DNA from: an uncultured Desulfospira sp.
GTDB taxonomy: Bacteria > Desulfobacterota > Desulfobacteria > Desulfobacterales > Desulfobacteraceae
Reading direction: 5' to 3'
Assembly: GCA_963663165.1 (NCBI GenBank)
Contig: OY760175.1
Location: 864,001-928,000, forward strand
Length of the DNA stretch: 64,000 nucleotides
A model generated the notes under the pieces. It made no database searches. It was given only the letters and a program-made list of their open reading frames with translations, and was not told where the DNA came from. Made by a program: the position numbers and the translations under genes. This document shows, piece after piece, positions 21,024 to 31,157 of the stretch (the stretch's first letter is position 1; each line of letters starts with the position of its first letter).

Positions 21024-21818
21024 ATCCTCATCAAATTCCAGCTGGGTATCCTCATCAGTGGCAAAATAGTCATAGGGCTTTTCAATGGCCAGGGGTTTTG
21101 TCCCGGAAATCCGCCGGAGAAACATGGTGTAGCGGCCGCTCTTTTCGAGCAGGTCGTGAACCTGCTTTTGCCGGGCCCCGGTTTTGATCAAAACAGCGAG
21201 CTGGGCGATGCCGGCGGCCATGTTCCGTGTGGATTTGACCAGGTAGGCCGTGGTTTCATCGTTGCCGGCGTGAAGGTCTTTCAGGGCATTTTTCCGGGGA
21301 TCCACGTGGGTCCATCCGCCGGCCCCGGTATAGGCACCGGGCCACTCCCCGGCAAAGGGCAGACAGCCCAGCATCATGGCATGGGCGTTGATAAAATTCA
21401 TGACCGATTCCTGGCCGGTGGCAATGCCGGTTCCCGAGGTGACGCACCCCACCACTTTCATCTGTTTGGAAAAAAATCCCTCCACCACGCTTTCGCCCAG
21501 CCGGTCAATAAAACATTTCAAATGCCCCGGGATTCCGGCGTGGTACACCGGCACGGAGTAAATCAGGGCATCGGCTTCAAGCCATTTGTCCCGCAGTTCG
21601 GCAAAATCATCCTCAAGCCGGCAGACCCCTAATTTTGAATGGCAGCGGTCGCAGGCCGTACAGGGAAGATACGTCCGGCCGCCGGTTTCATAAATTTCAG
21701 TGTCCACGCATCCGGGCACCGCCAGGGCTGCCGCCGCCAGTGCCTGGTCCAGCAGAAAACGGCTGTTGCCGCCCCTGCGGTTGCTTCCGTTGATTCCCAG
21801 TATCTTTATGGTTTCCAT
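21021..21818 (-). CDS. Flavodoxin-like iron-sulfur flavoprotein (FMN reductase family)
   Basis: GINGS.RRGGNS, CTACDRC, PVY..GIPG.LK.FIDR. Confidence 0.88.
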   Translation of the reverse strand: METIKILGINGSNRRGGNSRFLLDQALAAAALAVPGCVDTEIYETGGRTYLPCTACDRCHSKLGVCRLEDDFAELRDKWLEADALIYSVPVYHAGIPGHLKCFIDRLGESVVEGFFSKQMKVVGCVTSGTGIATGQESVMNFINAHAMMLGCLPFAGEWPGAYTGAGGWTHVDPRKNALKDLHAGNDETTAYLVKSTRNMAAGIAQLAVLIKTGARQKQVHDLLEKSGRYTMFLRRISGTKPLAIEKPYDYFATDEDTQLEFDED

Positions 21819-21832
21819 ATGCAGTTACCTGT

Positions 21833-23110
21833 TTAATAAACCCCGTATTTATAAACTGTTTCGGCCATGGCCATGACATTTTCCTTTTTGGCTTCCTTGG
21901 GGATTCCGGCCGATCCGTCAATGATCAGGCCGCCGGTATCCCCAAAAATATCAATCAGTTCTTTAACAGCATCAGCGGTCTGTTCCGGTGTGCCCGCAAT
22001 CAGCACCTGGGTGGGCACATTCCCCCAGAAGCACATGGTATCGCCAATGGCCTGCCGGGCCTTTTTTAAATCCACCACATCAAAATGCCCCCAGACCTTG
22101 CCGGCGGGAAGCTCGGTGAGAAACTCCAGCCGGTTGGTATAGGAGCCTTCAAAGAAGGGTATGGGGGTCAGATCCGCCTCGATCAGGGCCAGCAGAAGTT
22201 TTTTTAAGCCGGGCCAGTAGAATTCGGCAAACTGGGCGTTGGACATGAACGAGTCCGATCCCCGGTGAAGGGGGATGGAGACCGTTGTTCCGCCCATTTC
22301 TTTGGCGCTTGCAATGGCGTAATCTATAATGGTGGGGGTAATCACCTCTATGGTAGCCTTGAGTTTGTCCGGGTTATAGTACATGTCCATCATGGAACCC
22401 CGGATGCCCCGCAGATAATCGGAAACCCAGTCAAAGGGGGCATGGGCAAAAGAGGCCGACAGCCCGTTTTCCACGGGGAGGCCTTTTTGCTTTAAGGCTT
22501 CGGTGGTCCGGTCCAGCACCTCCAGCAGCTTGTTCATCTCCTCGCCGGCTTTGATCATTTTCCTGAGCATCTCCAGCACCTCGGGCCGGCTAAGGGCAAT
22601 GGCCAGCTCCCCCACCGGCGCATAGGCATGGGACATGGCCGCCAGGGGCGGGAACAGACCGAAAGGCTCAAGGACCGTGGCCATGCGCGGCCACAGCTTT
22701 CTAACCGTGAAATCCCCGGGGTCCTTTAAAAACAGGTCATACTCATCAGCGAGCAGGTACTCTTTTTCAACATACTGGAACTCCTGGGTATCCGGCAGAT
22801 TGTACCCGCCCCATTTATTGGTGGTAAGTCCCAGGATCTCCCCGACCTTTCCGGGAAATGCCGCAAACAGGCCGACCATGTCCCAGCCGTATTTCACGAT
22901 CTCTTCTTGAAATACCTTTGCTGCAAGTTCGGTGTCATAATAGGCCTGGGCCGGGGTTAAGCCCCCCTGGTGCAGGGAAAAGTAATCGTCGAGGATCACC
23001 ATGGGCACCCGGTCCGGCTGTTTGAGCCGCACCGCGTCCCAGACCCTTTTTAGGCGGGCCCGGTACTCTTTTTGTTCTTTGGTATGGGGTATTAGTTCTT
23101 GATTTTCCAT
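21833..23110 (-). CDS. Uroporphyrinogen decarboxylase-fold protein, probable substrate:corrinoid methyltransferase
   Basis: PDRVP, PFD...LRG...M.DMY..P, FYWP.LK, F.GNVP; adjacent to the corrinoid protein. Confidence 0.8.
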   Translation of the reverse strand: MENQELIPHTKEQKEYRARLKRVWDAVRLKQPDRVPMVILDDYFSLHQGGLTPAQAYYDTELAAKVFQEEIVKYGWDMVGLFAAFPGKVGEILGLTTNKWGGYNLPDTQEFQYVEKEYLLADEYDLFLKDPGDFTVRKLWPRMATVLEPFGLFPPLAAMSHAYAPVGELAIALSRPEVLEMLRKMIKAGEEMNKLLEVLDRTTEALKQKGLPVENGLSASFAHAPFDWVSDYLRGIRGSMMDMYYNPDKLKATIEVITPTIIDYAIASAKEMGGTTVSIPLHRGSDSFMSNAQFAEFYWPGLKKLLLALIEADLTPIPFFEGSYTNRLEFLTELPAGKVWGHFDVVDLKKARQAIGDTMCFWGNVPTQVLIAGTPEQTADAVKELIDIFGDTGGLIIDGSAGIPKEAKKENVMAMAETVYKYGVY

Positions 23111-23213
23111 ATGGTTGTTCCCCGTTGCTGTTGTACTCCATTTTTTTTCAACCATTTGGCTTTTTTTGCAGGCTTTACAGCCCCAAAGCTAATGGCTAAC
23201 AGCTAATAGCTGT

Positions 23214-23846
23214 TCAAGCGATGGCCCAGTTTCTGGCTATACTCACCGCATCCATGGCCGTGGAGCCCCAGGCATCAGCCCCGATCTGGTCAGAGACCAG
23301 CTGGTTGACCGGGCCGCCGCCCACCATCACCTTCACATCGGTGAGGTTGGCCGCTTTGAGGGCCTGGATGGTCCGTTCCATGGGGTCAATGGCAAGGGTT
23401 AAAAATCCGCTCAACCCCACAATCTTAGCCTGGTGTTCCTCAACGGCCTTTACAAAATTTTCAGGCGGCACATCCACCCCTAAGTCAATCACCTCAAAGC
23501 CGTTCACATCCAGCATGAACACCACAATGTCCTTGGCAATATCATGGATGTCCCCCTGCACGGTTCCAAACACCACTTTACCGATTTTTTTGGTGTCGCC
23601 CTGGGCCTCCATAACGGGCTTGACCTTTTCGGCAATGGCCCCGAGAATATCGCCGGACACCATCAATTCGGGCAGAAAATATTCCCCTTTTTCAAAGCGC
23701 TCTCCAATGAGCTGCATGGCTTTGCGCCCCACATCCAGAATTTTTTGCGGGGATTCGCTGCCGGCCAGCAGTGCCTCGGTGATGCGGACGGCGTCGGTTC
23801 TGTTCAAGGTGGTAATGGCTTTAAATAATTCTTCGCTCATTTGCAT
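23214..23846 (-). CDS. Corrinoid (B12-binding) protein
   Basis: EYFLPEL, GTVQGDIHDIAK, DLGVDV, GGGP. Confidence 0.93.
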   Translation of the reverse strand: MQMSEELFKAITTLNRTDAVRITEALLAGSESPQKILDVGRKAMQLIGERFEKGEYFLPELMVSGDILGAIAEKVKPVMEAQGDTKKIGKVVFGTVQGDIHDIAKDIVVFMLDVNGFEVIDLGVDVPPENFVKAVEEHQAKIVGLSGFLTLAIDPMERTIQALKAANLTDVKVMVGGGPVNQLVSDQIGADAWGSTAMDAVSIARNWAIA

Positions 23847-23919
23847 TTCCTCATCATCATATCACTTATATATTGTAACTATTCAGCTAATGCTGAAAAT
23901 TAAGCAAAAACAGGGGCCA

Positions 23920-24025
23920 TAACTGTTCATCAGTGCTTCATATTTGTTTAGTCAGGACTTCGTAGCATACTTTTGCTATGTGAGAAGGCCTGAATGAGCG
24001 AAGATGGGGCACTGCTGAACAGTTA
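23920..24025. repeat. 106-bp long imperfect hairpin element
   Basis: TAACTGTTCAtCAGTGC...GCACTGcTGAACAGTTA with inner TAGCA..TGCTA stem. Confidence 0.75.
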
Positions 24026-25135
24026 CTATATTTTTTTTACCGCAGGCTTGTACTTAAAACCATAGCCCAAATACTCAGGCCCGAAAATTTTCAAGCCTTT
24101 TTCCGTTAAAAAGGCTTTGGGGGCCGGCAGAATCAGAACGGCCACCGCCCTTCCCTTTTCATGGTTGGGGTTGGTCACCGGTTCATCCGTATCTGTATCC
24201 ATCAGGCAGATCAAGTCCGGAATCGTAGCATGGACTTCGTTGTCCAGCCATGAAATCATGTTTTCATTCTTAAAATTAATTTTATAGGTATGGCCGGCAT
24301 ATCTGCCGGTTCCCCGAATCAGGATATCCCCGATGGTAAACCCCTCCTGGTTTTTCCAGGAAAAGTCTTCTATGGTTCCCCTGAAGGCCACAAATCCGCT
24401 GCCGGCCCCGGCAATGGCCTGGGCTGAGTCCTCCTGGGTCTGGCGCGCCAGCCGTAACACTTGCCCGAGTTTCAAGGCATAGGACACGGCGCCTTTAATC
24501 ACCGCCGGCCGCAGCACCTTCATTTCAAGGGCGTGATCCACGGCGGCAATATCATTGGCGCTGGCCACGGCAAGGGAACGGACCAGCTGTTCGGCCCGTT
24601 TGTCATCAATGATATTTTCACAGATGGCGGTCTCTCCAAAGGCATTGACCAGGACAATGGGGGATGCGGGCAGCCCGTTTAAATAGTAGGTGGAGTGGGT
24701 AATTTCAGGCACGGCCCGTCCGGCGGGGTCCGCATCAACGATAAAGCCCTGGATCATGGCCGCCACATAAAAGGACAAGGCGGAGTTGGCCCCGCCCATT
24801 TCACAGGAGATGGTCCCGTAAAAATCGGCGCCAAGGTAGGCTTTAAACCGATTTACGGCTGCCATAATGGGGTTTTCGGCCAGCCGGGGCAGCCGGTCGT
24901 ACTGCTGTTTTTCCTGTTCCGACACCGGGGATACGGCACCCAGAAAATAGGGGGTGCAGATCAGGGCATTGTCCGGGACCTCATCCACGGGAATAAGCCG
25001 GAACTGCCGGCCATGGGAAAGGGCCTCCTCAATGAGGTCCATCCCTTCCTGGATCTCTCCGCCGCCGCCGGTGCCAAGGATGGTACAGCCATATAAAATG
25101 TCGGTTAAATCCTGTCGGGTCAAATTTTTGATCAA
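24026..25135 (-). CDS. DUF917 family protein
   Basis: G..ILGTGGGG, E.GG.NS, VDAD..GRA.PE, F.NENM, PDLI. Confidence 0.88.
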   Translation of the reverse strand: MIKNLTRQDLTDILYGCTILGTGGGGEIQEGMDLIEEALSHGRQFRLIPVDEVPDNALICTPYFLGAVSPVSEQEKQQYDRLPRLAENPIMAAVNRFKAYLGADFYGTISCEMGGANSALSFYVAAMIQGFIVDADPAGRAVPEITHSTYYLNGLPASPIVLVNAFGETAICENIIDDKRAEQLVRSLAVASANDIAAVDHALEMKVLRPAVIKGAVSYALKLGQVLRLARQTQEDSAQAIAGAGSGFVAFRGTIEDFSWKNQEGFTIGDILIRGTGRYAGHTYKINFKNENMISWLDNEVHATIPDLICLMDTDTDEPVTNPNHEKGRAVAVLILPAPKAFLTEKGLKIFGPEYLGYGFKYKPAVKKI

Positions 25136-25250
25136 TGCTGCTCTCCAGAAATTTTCCGGGGGGACAACGCCCTGATCCCGGAATCAAAATATTTTTTGCA
25201 TTGTGCGTTTTGTCTTATGGGTTATAATTACCCGGGTAAAATATTTTGTC

Positions 25251-25280
25251 CTATACCTTAAAGGGTAGAAGGCGGGGTAA
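25251..25280 (-). promoter_or_regulatory. Putative operator (shared 30-bp motif), copy 1
   Basis: TTACCCCGCCTTCTACCCTTTAAGGTATAG; 26/30 identical to 53829-53858. Confidence 0.6.
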
Positions 25281-25312
25281 CTTTACAAAAAAATGCATAA
25301 AAGAAACCGCCC

Positions 25313-27982
25313 ATGATCATCCAGACCAAACTGACAATGCCCCCCCTGAGGGAAAAAATGGTCCAGCGCAGCCAGTTGACCGGGATCATAGAACAGGGCA
25401 AAGACCACTCCTTGATCTTTATCACCGGACAGGCCGGGGCCGGCAAAACCTGCCTGGCGGTCCAGTGGCTTTCCCGGTACGAAAAACGGGCCGCCTGGTA
25501 TTCCCTGGACAATCAGGACAATGATCCGGATCTGTTCTCCCGGTACCTGTTATCGGCCATGCTCACGTGCAGCAAAAAAATTGCCCAGGCCTTCAGCCCG
25601 TTTCTCCAGGGGCAGAAAACCATTCCCATCCAAAAGGCCGTGCAGCGGATAATTGATGAGTTTGTGGACTTTAAAGACCATTTTTTTCTGGTGCTGGATG
25701 ATTACCACGCCATTGAATCAACCCAAATTCACGAGGCCATTCAATATCTTATTGAGTGCGCGCCGGCCTGCCTTCACCTGGTCATCCTCAGCCGGTCCGC
25801 CCTGCCCTTTCCCACAGCCCGGCTCACCGTGGGAAACCGGTTGATCCAGGTCAGTGCCATGGATTTAAAATTCAGCCTGGATGAAACCGCCTGTTTCCTG
25901 TCAGATCTCTTCAATATCCGGCTTTTGCCCGAACAGCTCAAAAAAATTTTTCAACTCACCGAAGGCTGGGTATCGGGGCTTCAGCTGGTGGGGCTCTCCT
26001 TGAACCGGCAGCCGCTTCAGGATCTTTCCAGAATCTCCCTTAAAGAGCACAAAACCTTTGCCATGGATTATTTCAGGGAAGAGGTGTTCCGGGTGCAGCC
26101 GGAACCGGTTCAGCAGTTTTTGCTCAAAACATCCATTCTGACCCGGTTTAATGCAACGCTTTGTGAAAACATCACCGGGATGAAAGATTCAGGTGCCATC
26201 CTTGAACAGCTGGACCGGAACAATATCTTCATCATTGCCCTTGACCCGTCCCGGGAGTGGTTCCGGTACCATGCCCTGTTTGCCGATTCCCTGAAAAAAC
26301 ACCTGAAACAAACCCATTCCGAACAGGTCCCGGATCTGGAGAAAAAAGCCGCGCTCTGGTACGCGGCCAACGATCATTTTGAGCTGGCCTTTATACACGC
26401 CCATGCCTCGGGGGATATCCATTTTCTGGCCGACGTGCTGGAAGACCATCTCATGTTCTATCTTCTGGCCTGCGAATTTGTCACGATTGCCCGGTGGCTG
26501 AACAAAATCCCCGACGCCCTGGTCAACCAGCGACTTATCCTGCTCTTATACCGGCAGCTGCTGGCAACGGAGCAGTGGAACCTGTCCCAGGCCGACTTTT
26601 TAATGAAAAATATCCGGGACAGGAAAGATGCGCTGCTTTCCCGGTATACCGGGGCAAAGCAGCAGCGGGCCAGGGATTTATGGCTGGCGGCAGAACACTC
26701 CAATGCCATTTTTAAACATCCGGACCGGCACGACGCCCATCAGCTGGCCCTGGACCTTAAAACCATCAGCCCCGGACATCTTTACATTAAAATGTATCTT
26801 TTGGATTTTATCCCCTGGAGCCTCATGGAAAGCGGCGAGACCCAGCAACTTGCCGGTACGGTTCTGGATAACCTTGCCTTCTATAAGCAGAAAAAACTCG
26901 GGTTCGGGGTATTTAACCTGCTCCGGATTTACGCCTCGATAGAGATCACCATGGGCCACATGTCCCGGGCAGAGGAAAAACTCAAAGCCGAACTGGACAT
27001 GGCCAAAGAGGCCGGTCTGTCAAAGCTGCCCTTCCGGTCGGATTACTTTGTCATCATGGCCATGATCCATGCCATGCGAAACGAACCGGACCTTGCATTG
27101 GAGAACATTTCTTCGGCCATGGCATACCTTGAAGAAACCAACCTGAACCTGATCCAGTGCGATGCCCATATCCAGCAGGCCTGTATCCTCCAGGCCATGG
27201 GCCGGGAGACCGTCGCCTCCTTTGCCATGGAAAAGGCCCTGGAAAAAAGCGCCGCCATGGGCAGCCCCTACCTTCTGGCCGTGGCCGAGTGTGCCGCCGC
27301 AAGGCTTGCGCTTTTTCAAGGGGAACCGTCCCGGGCCCGGCAATGGGCCGATGGCAGAAAACTGAATGTCAACGAGCCCTTTTCGGAATGTTTTGAATCC
27401 GAATGCCTGCTGGCCGCCCATTTGTGGGTGGACCAGGGCGAGTATGAAAAAGCGGTGCTGCTGCTGGAGACCCTGAGGCCAAGGTCGTTAAAGCGGCTGA
27501 GGGCCGAACCGGTCTTAAGGATTGATATCCTCCTTTCCGCGGCCCTGTACCGCCTGGACCGGAAAAAAGAGGCGTTTCTTTTCCTGGAATGCGCCGTCTG
27601 TTTTGCCGTGCCTGAAAAATACATTCAGCCCTTTATCCTCTTTTCCGCCTATATCGGGGAGTTGCTCCTGTCCCTTCAGAATGCGGCGGATCCCCTGATT
27701 CAGGCCCATGCCGGCGAACTTTGCCGCCAATGCGGCCTGGCGCATGGCCCTTGCCGGGAGAGCGGCAAAAGCATTCCGGTCAACAGCTTTGAAAGCCTGA
27801 CCCCACGGGAGGTGGATATTTTAAAAATGATGGCCTCGGGCCACTCCAACAACGATATTGCCGCCAATCTGTTTGTCTCGGTGAATACGGTCAAATTTTA
27901 CAATAAAAATATTTTTGCCAAGCTTGAAGTCAAAAACAGGGTCCAGGCGGGCATCAAAGCCCGGAAATTAAACATCATCTAA
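25313..27982 (+). CDS. MalT-like ATP-dependent LuxR regulator 1
   Basis: TKL..P, GQAGAGKT, LVLDDYH, TEGW, WFRYH.LF, C-terminal LuxR HTH. Confidence 0.93.
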   Translation: MIIQTKLTMPPLREKMVQRSQLTGIIEQGKDHSLIFITGQAGAGKTCLAVQWLSRYEKRAAWYSLDNQDNDPDLFSRYLLSAMLTCSKKIAQAFSPFLQGQKTIPIQKAVQRIIDEFVDFKDHFFLVLDDYHAIESTQIHEAIQYLIECAPACLHLVILSRSALPFPTARLTVGNRLIQVSAMDLKFSLDETACFLSDLFNIRLLPEQLKKIFQLTEGWVSGLQLVGLSLNRQPLQDLSRISLKEHKTFAMDYFREEVFRVQPEPVQQFLLKTSILTRFNATLCENITGMKDSGAILEQLDRNNIFIIALDPSREWFRYHALFADSLKKHLKQTHSEQVPDLEKKAALWYAANDHFELAFIHAHASGDIHFLADVLEDHLMFYLLACEFVTIARWLNKIPDALVNQRLILLLYRQLLATEQWNLSQADFLMKNIRDRKDALLSRYTGAKQQRARDLWLAAEHSNAIFKHPDRHDAHQLALDLKTISPGHLYIKMYLLDFIPWSLMESGETQQLAGTVLDNLAFYKQKKLGFGVFNLLRIYASIEITMGHMSRAEEKLKAELDMAKEAGLSKLPFRSDYFVIMAMIHAMRNEPDLALENISSAMAYLEETNLNLIQCDAHIQQACILQAMGRETVASFAMEKALEKSAAMGSPYLLAVAECAAARLALFQGEPSRARQWADGRKLNVNEPFSECFESECLLAAHLWVDQGEYEKAVLLLETLRPRSLKRLRAEPVLRIDILLSAALYRLDRKKEAFLFLECAVCFAVPEKYIQPFILFSAYIGELLLSLQNAADPLIQAHAGELCRQCGLAHGPCRESGKSIPVNSFESLTPREVDILKMMASGHSNNDIAANLFVSVNTVKFYNKNIFAKLEVKNRVQAGIKARKLNII

Positions 27983-27990
27983 AGGCGTTA

Positions 27991-30660
27991 ATGATTGTCA
28001 GAACCAAATTAATTGTCCCGGAACAAAGATCTGAAATGGTTCTGCGGCAGCACCTTACAGACCGCCTGGCGGCGGGGGAGAAACGGCCCCTTATCCTGAT
28101 CACCGGGTGTGCCGGCGCAGGCAAAACCGCCCTGGCCGTAAAGTGGCTTTCCCAAAAAGACCGCCACCCGGCCTGGTACACCCTTGATCCCCGTGACAAT
28201 GATCCCGGCCTCTTTTTACGGCATCTTCTCATCAGCCTCTTGTCCATCAGCGATCCCATTGATAAGGCCGTCGGCCCCCTTCTCCAGGGACACAGATCCG
28301 TGGCCGACCCGGATGTGGCCGCCGCCGTTCTCGATGCCTTCAGCGCGGAGGCCGGGCCGGTTTACCTGGTGTTTGATAACTTTCATGTCCTGACCTGCCG
28401 CCCGATCCTGGATTTTGTGGCCCACCTGATCCAGTATGCCCCCAAGGCCCTTCACCTGGTCATCATCAGCCGGTCCCAGCCGCCGTTTCCCCTTTCCCGG
28501 CTGCGGGCCGGAAACCGGATAACCGAACTTCACCCGGAAGCGTTGAAATTCAGCCGGGACGAAACCCGCTTCTATTTGACCCGGGTGGCCGGGCTGGACC
28601 TGCGGCCGGACCAGGCCGACACCATTTTTGAGGCCACCGAAGGCTGGATATCCGGGCTGGTGCTGACCAGGGCGGCCCTGCACCGAAAGGATCCGGTATC
28701 AGCGATTTCCAATATCACGCCCTTTGTTGAGAATGCCGTTGTCAATGAATATTTCAACGAAGAGGTCATTGACACCCTCCCCCCGGACCTACAGGATTTT
28801 TTGCTTACAATCTGCATCCTGAACCGGTTTAATGCCGCACTGTGCCGGGAGGTAACCGGCCGGACCGGCTGCCGTGACGTCCTGACCACCCTGTACCGGA
28901 ACCATTCATTTATCATCTCCCTGGATGCCGGGGGCGAATGGTTCCGGTTTCACCGGCTTTTTGCCCGGGCCCTGAGAAACCATCCCCATGCCATATCCAC
29001 CCAAAAGGCCGTCCTGCTCCATAAAAAAGCGGCCTTATGGAACGCCCGGCACTATCTTCTCGACCAGGCCTTTGACCACGCCCTGAAAGCTTATGACACC
29101 GAATTTCTGGCAGACCTGATGGAAGATCACCTGATGTTTTATTTTCTGGAGTGCGACTTTGAACCGGTGTGCCGTCTGTTGGATGCCCTGCCGGCACAAC
29201 GGATTGACACCTCTTTGATCCTCTCGGTTTACCGGCTGATGGTGTTGATCTCCACTTGGGATCTGATCCCGGCCCCCGGGCTTTTCAAGGCCCTTGAAAG
29301 GCGGAAAACCGAACTGCTGGACCAGTGCCCGGACCGTAAAAAAGAATTTGCCCTGGCCCTGTGGGCCCTTGCCGGACACGCCATGGCCGCGGCCCATGAC
29401 CCGACGTTATGCCGCCTGGACCAGCTTACCCGGGACATTGACCACATGCCCGAAACATATCCGTTGCTCACGCTGTTTTTATCCGAGCTTCGGCTGCTGA
29501 TTCAACTTGACAGGGGAGACCTGTCCCTGTCCCACGCCTTTATTGAGGACCAGAAAGAGCTGTATCAGACACTGGAGATCGGGTTTGGCTATTTTACTCT
29601 GTTAAGGGCCTATGCCCAGATTGAGATCGCCATGGGAAACATGACCAGGGCCACGCAGCGATTGGGGCAGTGGTTTGACCAGGCCGCGGGAACCGGCATA
29701 TCCGCCGCCCCCTACCAGGCCGATTATTTTTATATGATGAGCCGCATCCGCTACCTGGAAAACCGGCTGGACAAGGCCCTTTCCAACATCAACAAGGCCC
29801 ATGATTTTTTAAGAACATCCCGGATCAATATTTTCCTTTGCGAAATTTACATCCAGACGGCGTTCATCCTCCAGGCCATGGGCCGGTCATCAACCGCCTT
29901 TTTTAATATGGAAAAAGCCCTGCACAGGGCCGACGGATCGGGAAGCCGCTATCTGATCCGGACCGCCCGGGCCGCCATGGCCAAACTTGGCCTGCTCCAG
30001 GGCAAACGCCAGGCGGCACAGGCCTGGTCAACGAAAAATCCCCTGTCATTGGATGAGCCCTTTTGTGAAGCCTTTGAATCCGACTGCCTGGTGCAGGCCT
30101 TTCTTCTCCTTGACCAGGCGCGGTTTCAAGAGGCCTGCCGCCTCATGGAAACCCTTCGGCCCCGGGCCCTGAAGCGGCACAGAAGAACGGCCGTGCTTGA
30201 AGCCGATATCATCCGGGCGGCAGCCTTGAACGGCCTGGGGGAAAAAGAAAACGCCGTGCGGATCCTGGAACTTGGCCTTTGCTTTGCCGTCCCCGAGCAA
30301 TACATCCAGCCGTTTGTGATCTACTCGCCCTATATTGCCGACCTTCTGATCACCCTTTCCAGTGCAACGGATCCCGTGGTCAAGGCCCATGCCGCCGTAA
30401 TCTGCGGCCACTGCCGCCTTGAAAAACCCCTGGAGCGGCCGCAGAAAACCATCCCCGTCACCGCCTTTGACAGCCTGAACCAAAAAGAGTTCGACATTTT
30501 AAAGCTCATCGACCTTGGCTGTTCAAACCGGGAAATCGCCCAGAAGATGCATATCTCCATCAACACGGTCAAGTTCTACAACAAATCCCTGTTCACCAAG
30601 CTGTCCGTCAAAAACCGGGTCCAGGCCGTCACCAGGGCAAGGCAGCTGAATATTTTTTAA
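27991..30660 (+). CDS. MalT-like ATP-dependent LuxR regulator 2
   Basis: Collinear paralogue of regulator 1, also 889 aa. Confidence 0.93.
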   Translation: MIVRTKLIVPEQRSEMVLRQHLTDRLAAGEKRPLILITGCAGAGKTALAVKWLSQKDRHPAWYTLDPRDNDPGLFLRHLLISLLSISDPIDKAVGPLLQGHRSVADPDVAAAVLDAFSAEAGPVYLVFDNFHVLTCRPILDFVAHLIQYAPKALHLVIISRSQPPFPLSRLRAGNRITELHPEALKFSRDETRFYLTRVAGLDLRPDQADTIFEATEGWISGLVLTRAALHRKDPVSAISNITPFVENAVVNEYFNEEVIDTLPPDLQDFLLTICILNRFNAALCREVTGRTGCRDVLTTLYRNHSFIISLDAGGEWFRFHRLFARALRNHPHAISTQKAVLLHKKAALWNARHYLLDQAFDHALKAYDTEFLADLMEDHLMFYFLECDFEPVCRLLDALPAQRIDTSLILSVYRLMVLISTWDLIPAPGLFKALERRKTELLDQCPDRKKEFALALWALAGHAMAAAHDPTLCRLDQLTRDIDHMPETYPLLTLFLSELRLLIQLDRGDLSLSHAFIEDQKELYQTLEIGFGYFTLLRAYAQIEIAMGNMTRATQRLGQWFDQAAGTGISAAPYQADYFYMMSRIRYLENRLDKALSNINKAHDFLRTSRINIFLCEIYIQTAFILQAMGRSSTAFFNMEKALHRADGSGSRYLIRTARAAMAKLGLLQGKRQAAQAWSTKNPLSLDEPFCEAFESDCLVQAFLLLDQARFQEACRLMETLRPRALKRHRRTAVLEADIIRAAALNGLGEKENAVRILELGLCFAVPEQYIQPFVIYSPYIADLLITLSSATDPVVKAHAAVICGHCRLEKPLERPQKTIPVTAFDSLNQKEFDILKLIDLGCSNREIAQKMHISINTVKFYNKSLFTKLSVKNRVQAVTRARQLNIF

Positions 30661-31157
30661 TCCCGGCCCGGCTTTATGGCTGTGCCGCAGTCCGCCATAG
30701 GTGCCGCTCAGCACCAGACTCAAAGATCTGTAAAAATTTAAAATTATGGACTGTTGGCTTTTAATAATAGTCCGGGGTTTTGAATCCGGCCGTCACTGCA
30801 TTTTGTTTTTGACATAGTCCTCCGTCAGGAATTTTTAATCCCCCCCAACAATACTTCTGTCATTGAACGCTGATTCCAAATCGGCTCGGGCGACTATAAA
30901 TATCATCATTATTGACTTTGCCATTTCTCATTTTCAATTTTCTGAAAAAGAAATTTAACAGGGCATAAAATTGACTGTTGCAATTTCCAGCAGAGGGTGT
31001 TTAATCTCCAATTATTTTGAATTTTAGATTAAAGCCCATTGTCCAATAATACTGTTAGGCTTTCAGAAAAAAATAGAGGGCGATTAATTTCCAATAATTA
31101 TGGATTTTCAGACTTTTAGAAAAATAATGTAACTTCTACTCTGTAGAGGGGGGAACA

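Noticed and set aside
23221..23922. 233-aa plus-strand ORF and the many similar overlapping ORFs
   Set aside because: Antisense or alternative-frame shadows of well-supported genes.
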